This document shows, piece by piece, positions 47,501-56,368 of a DNA stretch of 64,000 bases. A model generated the notes under the pieces. It saw only the letters and a list, made by a program, of their open reading frames with translations, searched no databases and was not told the DNA's origin. Where the stretch lies: assembly GCA_964188305.1 (NCBI GenBank), contig OZ076886.1; one strand, given 5' to 3'. A program made the translations under genes and the position numbers. The number at the start of each line of letters is the position of its first letter. The first letter of the stretch is position 1. Source of the DNA: Podarcis bocagei (Eukaryota).

Positions 47501-50335
47501 CCCCGATACTCGGGTGAAGGCCTGTCTCCTTCCAAGCGAAGAAGAGTGTCTACACGAGGCCAGAGTGCCGACCTCACCTTCTGCGAGTAGGTGCCACCTT
47601 GGAGTTGGTGTCTAGGGGAGATGGGAGTGGAGCAGAATATGCCATAGGGATAAGCTTTCAGTTAGGTTCGAATGGAGAAGAGAAAGGACCATTTGCATTT
47701 GAGGGCTGTGGAAGGCTTGTAAATTTGCTTTCCCTGGGCTTTTTGCATCTGCCACGCAGAGAGACATCCACAGTGGACATGGGCTGAAGCAGCCCCACTC
47801 TGTGAGGGACTTACATTGGGCTTCTGCAGCAGCTGTTTCCTCTCAGATGTGCTGTGGCCCAGAGATTCAGAAGCAGAGAGGCAGCGGAGGGGGAAACTTG
47901 TGTATATATTTGCCCACTATAGCAACCCTTGCCTATTTAGTTGCATTAGTAAGCTGCCGCAAGAACCTCTTCGGTTAGTAGGCGGTGCATGAATGATCCA
48001 AATAATTTGGTTAGAGTGTCAGTAAATCCCCTCTAGGGCTCCTCTTGCTCCTTGGGAGGCCTTCTCAGCTTGACCAATAAGCTCTCCAGTTTCTTTAGCC
48101 CTGACTCTTACATTGGCCCCTTTTTGTCAGGATCATCCTGATGGAGATGGAATCGCATGAAGCTGCCTGGCCTTTCTTGGAACCAGTTAACCCCCGGCTA
48201 GTGCCTGGCTATCGGAAAATCATCAAAAACCCTATGGACTTCGCCACCATGAGGGCACGGCTGCTGCGCGGCGGGTGAGTCCAGGGAGGGAGCATGCTGG
48301 TGGCAGGGCCAGCTCAAGGCGTTTGCAAATCCAAATGGCACTCACACAACCCCTTTCTAATTGTGGGGGTTGGTCCTGGTTGGAGGGTGTTGTGTGCTAC
48401 AAATGGGGTAGTTTTGTGCAGGTGGAGATAGCACACGCCTTATGTTAGTCCCATGCAGTATTCCACAGCCCTTGGGCCTGGCTTCTTTTGCAGAGTTACT
48501 AAACTTGAGGTCTCCAGAGGGCTTACTGAGGGAAAGGTGATGCTGCGCAGGGAAAGGAGAGTGTGATGAGGCCTGCCTTGGGGAGGCCAAGCGTTGTGAT
48601 GTAGGAATGGCAGAGGTAGTGATCGCAAAGCTGGGGTCCTTTGCGGTCATGCAAAATTTGAGTTAAAACTTTTTAGAAAAAAGGCGCAGTGTCTTATCCA
48701 CCACCTGGGCATGATATTGAAAGAGATTTTTTTAAAAAAATAAATCTTGAGGGGTGGTAGCTGTATCAGTCTGTTTCAGAAAAACCATCCAAAAGTGCTG
48801 TAGCATTTTGAAAACTAACCCCTTTATTAATGCATGAGATTTTGTGGACCAGAGTCTGGGTGTATGGAGCATTGCCCCACATTAGTAGGAATAGACAGTG
48901 GCACCTTGGGTTACAGACACTTCAGGTTACAGACTCCGCTAACCCAGAAATAGTACCTTGGTTTAAGAACTTTGCTTCAGGATGAGAACAGAAATTGCAC
49001 GGCAACGGCACGGCGGCAGTGGGAGGCCCGCAGGTTAAGAACGGACCTCCAGAACGAATTAAGTTCTTAACCCGAGGTACCACTGTATATGCAAGATCGG
49101 ACTATATTTAAGTTTCATCAGAATTGTCACAGTCTGTACTTTTAGAAATTTATTTCCCTCTGATTTCATGGCTTTATTTCCCCCTCTTCCACACCCATGT
49201 GTATATACTTGCCAACTTGGAAAGCACCTACATCTGATGAGCTGGACTCTTGCTCATGAAAGCTTACACCACAAATAAATTTGTGTTAGTTCTTAAGATG
49301 CCACAAGATCTTTCCTTTCTATTTCTTACAGTGTAAATTAACGTCTCAGACTTGAGAAACCTTCCTGTAAATCAGCCTGCCGCTAGCCGCTCAAGCTCAG
49401 CAGCCTCCTCCCTTTCCTAATGACACCTGCAGATGGTGGTAGCCCAAGCAAGGGAAAGACTGGTGGAATTGTCCCAAGTGTATACATGCCATACTGCAGT
49501 CCTGTAGGGAGTCATTCCTACAGCTGACAGGTCCCAAATCCAAATTACGCCATAGCTTACTGCTGTTGAAAAAGAAGCTGGTGCAATGTAGCGTTGGACT
49601 GGAGCCTGGGAGACCAGGTGTCGAATCATAGAATTGTACAGTTGGAAAGGACCCTTAAGGATCATCTAGTCCCAACCCCCTGCAGTGCATGCAGGAATAT
49701 GCAGCTGTCCCATACAAGGATTGAACCTGCAACCTTGGCGTTATCAGCACTACGTTCTAATCAACTGAACTATTGAGTGCTTATTCAAAAAGCACGATCC
49801 CCACTAAGTTATGAAGCTCACTAGGTGACTTAAGACTAGACCCTACCTCACAGGGGTTGTTGTGGAGGTAGAACAGGGAAAAGGTGCACTACTTGGAGGA
49901 AAGTTGTAGTATAAATGTAATAACATTATGATAATCTGCCCCTGCATTCTAGCCATTGGGAAGAAATGAAGGAAGGGGAGGGGAGAGCTTGAGAGGAGGG
50001 TTGATTCACAGTAATTAAGAGTTGGCTAAAGCAGTGTGCATTGAGACTGCCCTCACCACCAAGGGATGGGATTGTGGTGTTGCAGGGCGCCTGCAGTTTC
50101 TGTCTGAGTGCTGGACTTCTTAGCTGCTTCCAGGAAGCTGACTGCTGCTCTCTTTGTCATCCGCAGGTACACAAGTTGTGAGGAGTTTGCTGCTGATGCT
50201 GCCCTGGTGTTTGACAACTGCCGGACCTTTAATGAGGATGAGTCCGAGGTGGGCAAGGCAGGGCTGACCATGCGCCAGTTTTTTGAGAGTCGGTGGGAGG
50301 AGTTTTATCAGGGAAAACAGGAGACAAACCCATGA
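18063..50335 (+). CDS. BAZ2A: BAZ2A/TIP5 (bromodomain adjacent to zinc finger domain protein 2A), spliced CDS of 28 coding exons, about 1760 aa
   Basis: Exons assembled by hand are all GT-AG with consistent phases and sum to 5283 nt. The protein runs MEANNHFNFTGLP...WEEFYQGKQETNP* with TAM/MBD, AT-hooks, DDT, WHIM, PHD and bromodomain in the BAZ2A order and closely resembles the human BAZ2A sequence as remembered. Confidence 0.97.
18704..18933. mobile_element. hAT MITE
   Basis: Imperfect TIRs and an exact 8-bp TSD ctcttgag at 18696-18703 and 18934-18941. Confidence 0.9.
19656..19878. mobile_element. Penelope-like element (PLE) remnant with inverted pseudo-LTR
   Basis: Perfect 78-bp inverted repeat, 13-bp TSD ctactgaatacta (19643-19655 and 19879-19891), and a tail ...accaacacggctacc typical of reptile PLEs. 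Confidence 0.85.
19710..19747 (-). ncRNA. Minimal type I hammerhead ribozyme motif (PLE-type)
   Basis: Minus strand reads GUAU CUGAAGA A GUGUGC-AU-GCACAC GAAA GCU C AUAC: core boxes, stem II, palindromic AGCU stem III and a 4-bp stem I. Confidence 0.7.
21150..21695 (+). CDS. BAZ2A: BAZ2A exon 3 (SLNGDMNVNGLSTVSH...ELENTQP)
   Basis: tttacag acceptor, G|GTATG donor; YDYLWNYSQYP and MGLNFDS motifs. Confidence 0.95.
22060..22450 (-). mobile_element. Degenerate L2 LINE 3' fragment
   Basis: Resembles squamate L2 3' ends (gggaggacattcca...ccaccaaagagaag); boundaries approximate. Confidence 0.55.
23329..23493 (+). CDS. BAZ2A: BAZ2A exon 4 (ELKICGYSG...PFESLDR)
   Basis: ttgcag acceptor, G|GTAAAG donor, phase 1-1. 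Confidence 0.92.
24157..24382. mobile_element. Tc1/mariner (Tigger-like) MITE, same subfamily as 9182-9421
   Basis: TIRs with TA TSD and near-identical internal sequence. Confidence 0.9.
24480..25250 (-). mobile_element. Decayed L1 LINE ORF2 C-terminal fragment
   Basis: Minus-strand remnants SKYWKRCGQDSG (zinc-knuckle-like) and NLLGATRIV..W; AT-rich; boundaries approximate. Confidence 0.55.
25948..26169 (+). CDS. BAZ2A: BAZ2A exon 5 (DPGTGDLYEMD...EESVLQ)
   Basis: ttgcag acceptor, G|GTGAG donor; ISALDCP and FSLLADDSQ motifs. Confidence 0.93.
26699..26977. mobile_element. Tc1/mariner MITE with internal (CGCAAGAC) repeats
   Basis: TA|CAGTGGTACCTCGCAAGACG ... CGTCTTGCGAGGCACCACTG|TA. Confidence 0.9.
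27389..27586 (+). CDS. BAZ2A: BAZ2A exon 6 (DSSLELTAVSE...SVSAK)
   Basis: ctgcag acceptor, A|GTAAGT donor, phase 1-1; acidic low-complexity linker. Confidence 0.85.
27690..27750 (+). CDS. BAZ2A: BAZ2A exon 7 (SDVPRRRIATAEEVRYPLKHG; start of TAM/MBD)
   Basis: ctcag acceptor, GG|GTAGGT donor. Confidence 0.95.
27874..27982 (+). CDS. BAZ2A: BAZ2A exon 8 (WRREVYIKKG...GETWYYGPCGKRMKQFPEVIK; TAM/MBD)
   Basis: Highly conserved TAM core with canonical splice sites. Confidence 0.97.
28388..28983. mobile_element. Non-autonomous hAT element
   Basis: TIRs CAGAGGTTTCCAACC / GGTTGAAAACCACTG; 8-bp TSD gtatggag / gtatagag. Confidence 0.85.
29471..29572 (+). CDS. BAZ2A: BAZ2A exon 9 (YLSRN...FSFSPRMPVGDFFEERDTPQ)
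   Basis: ttccag acceptor, CAG|GTTAGT donor. Confidence 0.97.
30051..30261 (+). CDS. BAZ2A: BAZ2A exon 10 (GLQWVQL...; AT-hooks 1 and 2: KRGRPR, RGRGRPPK)
   Basis: ttcacag acceptor, G|GTACC donor, two GRP cores. Confidence 0.97.
31739..31800 (+). CDS. BAZ2A: BAZ2A exon 11 (EVLSDEDKLKMSKIKKKMRQK)
   Basis: ttgcag acceptor, AAG|GTAC donor, phase 1-0. Confidence 0.93.
32340..32940 (+). mobile_element. L2 LINE 3' fragment
   Basis: KLQLVQN-like remnant, aaggcccttaac...ctggatacttgaaggac, and an AT-rich tail. Confidence 0.75.
33128..33208 (+). CDS. BAZ2A: BAZ2A exon 12 (VQNKQRQEAK...KKKPK)
   Basis: ccatag acceptor, AAG|GTGGGT donor. Confidence 0.9.
33300..33533 (+). CDS. BAZ2A: BAZ2A exon 13 (Lys/Glu-rich coiled coil ...QQMILEEMKKPTEDMCLGDHQ)
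   Basis: ctccag acceptor, CAG|GTGC donor. Confidence 0.95.
33590..34160 (-). mobile_element. L1-like LINE 3' fragment
   Basis: (TTTA)n tail on the + strand and a minus-strand remnant F..WQGF.YL typical of L1 ORF2 ends. Confidence 0.55.
35118..35372 (+). CDS. BAZ2A: BAZ2A exon 14 (DDT domain)
   Basis: PLPEFSRIPG...AFSDCLAIVEFLHNYGKVLG...; cccag acceptor and CAG|GTAAG donor. Confidence 0.97.
35527..35593. repeat. Compound (TG)n(AG)n microsatellite
   Basis: Direct reading of the sequence. Confidence 0.95.
36745..36959 (+). CDS. BAZ2A: BAZ2A exon 15 (SLKILGEK...NELNSSALII; WHIM1 region)
   Basis: gccag acceptor, AA|GTAAGT donor. Confidence 0.96.
37651..37725 (+). CDS. BAZ2A: BAZ2A exon 16 (EIDKTLENMSNHRRNKWIIEGKLR)
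   Basis: ttgcag acceptor, AG|GTAC donor, phase 2-2. Confidence 0.96.
37987..38645. mobile_element. Tc1/mariner-pogo (CCGTATTTTTC-type) MITE with internal GC-rich hairpin array
   Basis: TA|CCGTATTTTTCGC ... GCGAAAAATACGG|TA. Confidence 0.9.
38795..38957 (+). CDS. BAZ2A: BAZ2A exon 17 (LKIALAKKTGRPE...RKDNE)
   Basis: tgtag acceptor, GAG|GTAGGT donor. Confidence 0.93.
39633..39692 (+). CDS. BAZ2A: BAZ2A exon 18 (HDTPVSSVPELERQIEKLSK)
   Basis: cccag acceptor, AAG|GTAAAT donor. Confidence 0.95.
39888..40032 (+). CDS. BAZ2A: BAZ2A exon 19 (RQMFFRKK...LGQDRYRRRYW; WHIM2)
   Basis: LGxDRYxRRYW signature with canonical splice sites. Confidence 0.97.
40731..41354 (-). mobile_element. Probable solo LTR (Gypsy/ERV-like)
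   Basis: Minus strand begins TGTCAGGG and ends CTCACA, with TATATAA near 40980 and ATTAAA near 40760; CpG-rich. No TSD could be matched. Confidence 0.55.
41679..42256 (+). CDS. BAZ2A: BAZ2A exon 20 (ASPETPK...GQSQHDLSQSAFLSWLSQTQ...ASTRQ)
   Basis: aagcag acceptor (alternative start 41676), CAG|GTGAGT donor; conserved QHDLSQSAFLSWL motif. Confidence 0.93.
42510..42770 (+). mobile_element. Old CR1 3' fragment
   Basis: Degenerate CR1-like sequence (aagaaggatttcctaaccgtga...). Confidence 0.5.
43058..43286 (+). CDS. BAZ2A: BAZ2A exon 21 (AT-hook RRRGRPP ... YLTQLTAQPIPP)
   Basis: ccgcag acceptor, G|GTGAG donor. Confidence 0.95.
43322..43644. mobile_element. Tc1/mariner MITE (same subfamily as 26699-26977, inverted)
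   Basis: TA|CAGTGGTGCC ... GGCACCACTG|TA; internal sequence is the reverse complement of the 26.7-kb copy. Confidence 0.9.
44117..44272 (+). CDS. BAZ2A: BAZ2A exon 22 (EMQSGWWW...LHPRGIREKAL; WHIM3)
   Basis: ttgcag acceptor, G|GTAAG donor. Confidence 0.97.
44368..44531 (+). CDS. BAZ2A: BAZ2A exon 23 (DPIFQ...LQWVEELEQRVLMADLQIR)
   Basis: cctag acceptor, CGA|GTAGGT donor. Confidence 0.94.
45202..45485 (+). CDS. BAZ2A: BAZ2A exon 24 (GWTSPEPDS...NPLDLAVLRL...GTTE)
   Basis: cccag acceptor, AT|GTAGGT donor. Confidence 0.95.
46376..46508 (+). CDS. BAZ2A: BAZ2A exon 25 (SYEITPRMRTWRQ...VAWEKSVVRA)
   Basis: tgcag acceptor, GCG|GTGAG donor. Confidence 0.95.
46880..47026 (+). CDS. BAZ2A: BAZ2A exon 26 (PHD finger, C4HC3)
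   Basis: CLVC...LLLCDSCDRGCHLYCHRPK...WFCSLC. Confidence 0.98.
47348..47586 (+). CDS. BAZ2A: BAZ2A exon 27 (PHD-bromodomain linker, GLSPSKRRR...DLTFC)
   Basis: tacag acceptor, GA|GTAGGT donor. Confidence 0.92.
48131..48274 (+). CDS. BAZ2A: BAZ2A exon 28 (bromodomain, AWPFLEPVNPRLVPGYRKIIKNPMDF)
   Basis: WPF shelf and PMD motif; gtcag acceptor and GG|GTGAGT donor. Confidence 0.98.
48753..49330. mobile_element. Old Penelope-like remnant with inverted ends, interrupted by a MITE
   Basis: The left end (ggtagctgtatcagtctg...ttgaaaactaac...) and right end (ctgatga...gaaagctta...gttagttcttaagatgccac) resemble the 19.7-kb element. Confidence 0.6.
48896..49085. mobile_element. Tc1/mariner (Tigger-like) MITE, internally deleted, inverted relative to 24157-24382
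   Basis: CAGTGGCACC ... GGTACCACTG|TA with shared internal sequence. Confidence 0.85.
49623..49773 (-). mobile_element. tRNA-derived SINE with CR1-like tail
   Basis: Reverse complement of the family copy at 54897-55050. Confidence 0.82.
50167..50335 (+). CDS. BAZ2A: BAZ2A exon 29, coding part (bromodomain C-terminus, stop TGA at 50333-50335)
   Basis: YTSCEEFAADAALVFDNCRTFNEDESEVGKAG...; ccgcag acceptor. Confidence 0.97.
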
Positions 50336-53300
50336 AGCCGGCAGAATGGGGAGAGATGAGAGGAGCCAAAGGCGAAGCCCTCCCATTTCAAAACCCTGTG
50401 CTGCACACTGTCTCTTCTGGAGCTCCATCTTGCTACCTGCTGATTAATGTTTCCCCCTCTCACAATGATTGGACTTGGATTGGCATTTAACGATGGGGCG
50501 GCTTCACTCACCGCCTGGATCCTCAGAAGCCCCCCCCCCTCACTTCTTCGCTCTAAACAACACAAACTCTCTGAACTGTGTAAGCCAAAAAAAAAAAAGT
50601 TTCCTTTTTTTCAAATGGAGAAACAACCACCCACAACCCCAGCTTAGCTGGGGCTATTTAATAATAGCAATAGTTCTTAGTGAATGTGTAAGAACACTTT
50701 TTTCTGTGCAGTGTCAGTACCATGCATTAATGGCCAGTAACGTGAACGTTAAGTTTTTCTCCTTTTTAGAGTCGCGTTGAAAATGTATAAAGCAGATCAC
50801 TCCTGCCTCTGGGAATGACAACCTTGATGACACTGAAACATGCTGCTTCTACCCCCCACCCCACCCCTTTGCCCTTTCCAACTCTGTCTCAACCGGCCTC
50901 TTCTCCCCACCACTGCTGAACAACCACTGTAGCTGTGGACGGTTCCTTCCCCCAGTTTCCAATGATCTTTCTGAAACCAAGGGTATATGGCTTAGAGCTG
51001 GTGTTCATCTGGAGGAGTTAGGATGTCGAGGTACTTCTGCCCATGTGAATGCAAGATGTACTCCCTTCTCAAGGGTCTCACCCCTGTGAGCCACATTCTC
51101 TTGGTTCAACTAAGATGGGCTGCTTCCAGAGGGGTGGTCATAGCTTGAGCTCTTTGTATGAAAATGGGGTCTTGCACTCCTATATTTGGTTAATCTACAT
51201 CACCCCCCCTTGCTCAATATTGGTTTATTCCAGATTTAGTTTCTAAGGGAGTTGAACAAAATGGGAATAATCCAGAACGAGTGTGTACCAAGAAGACAGT
51301 ATCAACCAGATAATCCCCCCTCATGCAAACCAGTTTAGCTGGATGAACCTTCCTGCTAGCCTCTTCCCCACCCCTGATTCCACAGGGAACACTTCAGCAG
51401 GGGCAGCTCATGAGTCCATTGCGGTGCCCAAGTCCCAGCTGCAAGAATACAGCTCTTTCCCCCTCTTAGTTGTGGGTAACATTGCTGGATTGTATCACTA
51501 GGCTTCAAGGGACCAAAGTAAAGGAGCTTGCAGGAGTGGGGTTGATGCAACCTGCGTTTTGGGAGGAAGGATTTTCTGATGCCCCCTTCCAGCTCTTCAG
51601 AAGATCATGTCATGGGATTCTGGCCTTATTGAGTGTTGTCCCCACCCTGTCCCCCGTCCCCCAACTCTGCCCCAGCGTTATTCCTCAGGGATGGCTACTG
51701 TCTACAAAGTTTGATCTGCAATCTATCTGTACGTTTGGTAGGATTGTTGTTTCCTGCCTTGGAACACCATTCCCAATCTATCGTAGGTATTTCCTCCTTG
51801 AGTCAAGATGTGCGATTAAGCCCATTAGAAGGGAGGGAAAACTGCCACCATTTCATCTTCCTCCATGTTAGGTTCCTGTCTCCTGACCATATTTTTAACC
51901 TGTGGGGTCTAAATTGTGCTGCCTCCTTTGGTTACCTTGACTGAGATTCAATCTAGAAGGGCAGCTTTGGACATTACATGCAAGTGAAGGGAGAGTAGTC
52001 ACTTGTGTGTCTTCTTGAGGTGCATGCCGCTGTGGAGGGCACATGCTAGAAGCATGAAAGGATGAAGCTCATCCTTCCACCAACTATGGCCTTGCAGGAT
52101 GTCCACAGCAGCCCTCAATCTAAAGATCTGGAATTCATAGGTATTTCCTTTCAGCTTTTGTCTACATTTTCTATATAGTATTTTACCTTAGATCACCACT
52201 CATACATACCCCATGTGAACATTCTTAACATTTTAGCCTTTTTTCTAAACCCTTTTCCAACTGGATTTTGATGGTTTTCAGAGGAGAAATAATTGCGGTT
52301 CCATTCATTGTTGTTTTTGCCACGTGGGCAAGAGCAGCCTGTTTCAATGAACTACCATTAACTCCAGTGCCAGAACCACCAAAACCAGAATTTGTTTTGA
52401 AGCTGCCTGAGCAGGTATAGAGCGGTTTGTAGAGGGTCCCACCCCCAGGCCCTGTTCCATTGACGCAATGGATTGCTCCAGCTTCGGGGAAATGATTTAA
52501 CAACCCGCACAGTCCACCAAGAACAGCTCTTGCACAAGCTTCCATGGAGATGAATGTGCAGGTATGGGATTCTTTGCTATCCAACCTATGCAAGAGACAT
52601 TCTGGTGGATTGTTGCATGAGAAGGAGCCTGATGCGAAAAAGCAGTTGTGATATTTTCTGTATTTGGGTTTCTGGTGCTAAGCGCTTGGCAGATTCAAAT
52701 ATTTGTGGCTGGAGCCAGGTGATCTCATGTTCAATCCTTCCCGCTCCCACTTGGTGCAAGAGGGAATGCGGTTTTAACAAAGTCTTTAAAAATACATGTT
52801 TAGGTCTCTAGCCTTTTTAAAAAGAAAAATACCCCAAACAGTCCACAAGGCAGTTGTTAAACAAGCATAATTGGTCATCTCGTTTCTTGCAATTCAGCAA
52901 CTCTCCATCAGTCACCCCCCTCACGGTGCATGGATGCCTACTAGCAGTCTGTATTCGAAGTAATAACCTGGTCCCAGAGCAGCAGCCTCACACTGTTGCT
53001 GAGCAATGGTTTCTAAGGAGACTGCTGCCTGGGAAACAGATTCACCCGACCCTTCTTGTATTCAGGAGTCATAGGCTTACATCCTAGTCCACCCCAGCTG
53101 CCTCTGTCCTGGAACAGGGGCGTTGCTGCGGTTGGTTTTTCTCGTTTCAGGATGCTGGTCCAGTATTCTTGGCCGTGGTGCAGATGCATAGGAGGCATAT
53201 AGGAGAGATAAAAGAGGAAACGACTTGTTTCTTTCACTTTTCTTCCACCACCCAGGTGGATCGGAGTGGTAGGAAGGACATCTCCTGTAACCTTAACTCC

Positions 53301-54445
53301 CTAGCTGCTTTTCGTACCCAGCCTAGCTCCTCAAACCATTGTAAATTACGGGTATCACTTAGGGGCAGATAAACGGCTGGCAGGGTCCCATCAGGAGATG
53401 GCTTTCCTCCCGCATTTCCACCTGTGCTACAATTGAATGAGGGGTGTGTGTGTGTTTGTTTTCCCCCTACCCGCGTCGACCAATCCAGTTGCAAGAGCAC
53501 TGATGTAAGTAAAATGCAGCCACAGGTGATGTAGCCTGGAGACTGAAACCTCCCTTACTGTGCTTCCTCTACCCCAACCTCACTCCCCACCCCCAGTTGT
53601 TTTCAACAAAACGTAGCCTTTTTCTATCAAATAACCTCAAACTTTATTTTATTTTAAATTTTGGGATTTTTGTTTTGCTTTGTTTTTGCTTTTAAAATAA
53701 AGAGGTAGATTTGAAGTCTATTTGAAACTGACTTTATATTATGCATAAATATTTATATTTTATCTAAACTTGTGCTGTAACAGCTTCTTTTTGGTGGGTT
53801 TTTTTTTTTTAAAGCAATGTTTTCCCCCCTGATCTGTTGGGATTTTTTTCTCAGCTATGAGAAAGCTCTAGAGTTTGGAAGTGTTAATTGTTGGGCTTTT
53901 GTTTTGTTTTGTTATGGAAATGTTAAAATTTTTAGATTCAAACCCTCACACCTTAAAAGAATGAATCCAGGTTTGTCCTAATCTTGATCTTCATTAGGGG
54001 AGTCAGTGTATAAAATACCTTGTTGTTTTTTGAAAGTTACATGCATTTTCCCCCCCAACTGGATTTTGAGAATTGCAACTAGAATAATTGGCCTTATCAT
54101 CCAACTACTGGCTTTTTCTTCCCCCTTCATCTTGATTTGATATCAGAAAGGAACCAACCAACCCAACATCCTGTGAGATGCTCTGAACAGCAGGAAGAGG
54201 GGCATCACACTTTTTATATGAATAACCAAATGTGTTTGTTTTAGTGAATTTTTGATAATGTACAGTTTTTTGTGAATTTAAATTGATTTCTTTCTATATT
54301 TTTAGGACCAACCTCATTTTTAATAAGGTTTAAAAGGAAGAAAAAAAAATCTAGAATTCCTGTTTGTTTCCTTGTGATGTTTCCACAAGTACAGATGTTA
54401 GAGTGCTTGTCAAGTTTCAAAGAATAAACAAAAAAAACAACCCAC
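50336..54445 (+). other. BAZ2A: BAZ2A 3' UTR (about 4.1 kb; end approximate)
   Basis: No recognisable transposon after the stop, a U-rich terminal block with TGTA elements, and AATAAA at 54423-54428 (alternative at 53696-53701). Repeats resume at about 54.9 kb. Confidence 0.7.
54423..54428 (+). terminator. Poly(A) signal AATAAA of BAZ2A
   Basis: Canonical hexamer at the end of the U-rich UTR tail, followed downstream by GT/T-rich sequence. Confidence 0.65.
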
Positions 54446-54896
54446 GTTTGATAGAGAAGAATGTGCTTGAGAATGTTGTCTTTTTCTCTGGGCGGGAGGG
54501 GAGGGGCGTTGCTCTGCTACAAGCTGAACATTAACCACTCTAGACATGGACTAACCCTCCTGCTCTTTGGCAACCTGCCTCAGTACCCTGTTAAGATGTG
54601 GGCCTATGCAATGGGTGCCAGAAAGCTTGAAGATGCATCATTTTTTAAAAACAACAACACCACACTCTCTTAATGTTGAAGTAGAGACTGGGCAGGTGCA
54701 TCTGTAGTCTATGATTTCATTGTGATACAGCAGAATTCAGGCAGGATGGCAAGTGGGGGTTCCTGGTGGACCAGTTCCTTCCAAATTGCATGATCCGTAC
54801 AGGTGAGGTCACGGAATGTTTCATGGCATTGGTATCCCTGGTCTACAAGTTGGGTGTTGTTTATGTTTATACAGGCCAGCTGTGTTTTGTGCGCCT

Positions 54897-55050
54897 GGGT
54901 AGCTCAGTTGGTTAGAGCATGATGCTGACAATGCCAAGGTTGCAGGTTCGATCCCCATATAGGACAGCTGCATATTCCTGCATGCATTGCAGGGGGTTGG
55001 ACTGGATGATTATCAGCGTCTCTTCCAACTCTAGAATTCTGTGATTTCTA
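54897..55050 (+). mobile_element. tRNA-derived SINE with CR1-like tail
   Basis: TAGCTCAGTTGGTTAGAGC (A-box), GGTTCGATCCC (B-box), then the CR1 tail gggggttggact...ttccaactct. Confidence 0.85.
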
Positions 55051-56362
55051 AAGAGGACGCCATCTTCACCTTGGGTGTAAAAGGTAAAGGGACCCTGTAC
55101 GTATAGCTTAAATTAGAGCTGTGTGGATCCTACATGGAGGAAGGCCCAGTCTCTACAACGGGAATCCAGCCCAGCCTTATCTACTTTTAATTTGTCATCT
55201 GAGGTGTAAAAACCCAAAAGATCAGCCAGGCTTCTCCAGCTGTGGTGGAGAGAAATGTTTCCATCATGATAGCAGGCAACATTTCATGGAGGCTTTTGAA
55301 ATTTGGTGCTTTAGGGCAGTGACATTTTGATGAGGCTTGGATGCAGTGAACTATCCCAGCAACATCTTGCAGAGATCTTGTAGTTTTCAGAAATCTTAAA
55401 TTCTGCGGGTTTGAATGGCACCCAAAGTCCCATAGCCTGAGCCTCTCTCTACCTCCATGGTAAGGCAGTTGCTACTCCCATTAGTGTGTATAGAAAATGG
55501 TAAAATGAACATACAGAAAAAGTTCAGTAACCACCACAGTATGGAAAGTCAATTGCAATTTTGTTTGTAGCTTGCAGAAAGAGTTCTCAAGTAGCTCCAC
55601 CGCCCCGCCCCACCCCTTTTTTTGCAATCTTAAGAAGCTGAGATGAAGACCTTTAACAGCTGGCTGGGCTACAGAATATTGTGCTGGATGCAGACATCAG
55701 CTTCTAGGTAAACCAAAACTTCACACACAACCATTTCTTAGATTGTGGATTAGTCCTCAGTTCCAAGTTGGGGGGAAACAGCCTTCGCAGCAAGCATACA
55801 TTTCAAGGGGCGGGGCAGCCCTTTTACTGTTCTTTAACATGAACCTCTTGTGCATAATAGGATAGTTCAATTGTGTTGAAACTCTTGACTTTCCAGTGCT
55901 CCACCACTTCAGGGAATCTTGCTATCTACATTGCCAAGGTGTTCTAGAGCAGATTGCAAGTTCACAGGAGACCTGGCCCTCCAATATGCCCCACACATTT
56001 CAGAGTATATCTAGAATACATCTGATGATTGCAAATATTGTCCCAGGGACAAGACTGATTGAATTTATTGGGTACTCTTCATTGGTAGCAATCCCACTAC
56101 TAGTGAAAGGGTCAGTAGAGCTGGTGAAGTTGTCTGCCAGCAACACTGGTCCACCAATCCTTAACCTTGTCCCCAAGAAATTTCCACAGAACCTCAAGAG
56201 TTTCCTGGAACACAGTTTGAAAATCATTATGACAACATATTTTGTCTTAAATCGCTTTAATAGGGAGAGAATGACCAGCATCTCCTTGAAACCGCTTAAT
56301 GATGACGACGAGCTAAAAGTAACTTATCCAAGAAGCAGTCAAGCCACGGTTTTTTTTCACCT

Positions 56363-56368
56363 TTTATT
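56363..56368 (-). terminator. Poly(A) signal AATAAA of a convergent minus-strand transcript
   Basis: TTTATT on the + strand. On the minus strand it is preceded by U-rich UTR-end sequence (tatttgtacaagttttttt, ttttatttatatac). Confidence 0.6.

Noticed and set aside
54897-54960. tRNA-like sequence with A and B boxes (also at about 480-549 and 49700-49773, and in the Sauria SINE heads)
   Set aside because: It runs directly into a CR1-like tail and lacks a proper acceptor stem, so these are SINE heads, not tRNA genes.
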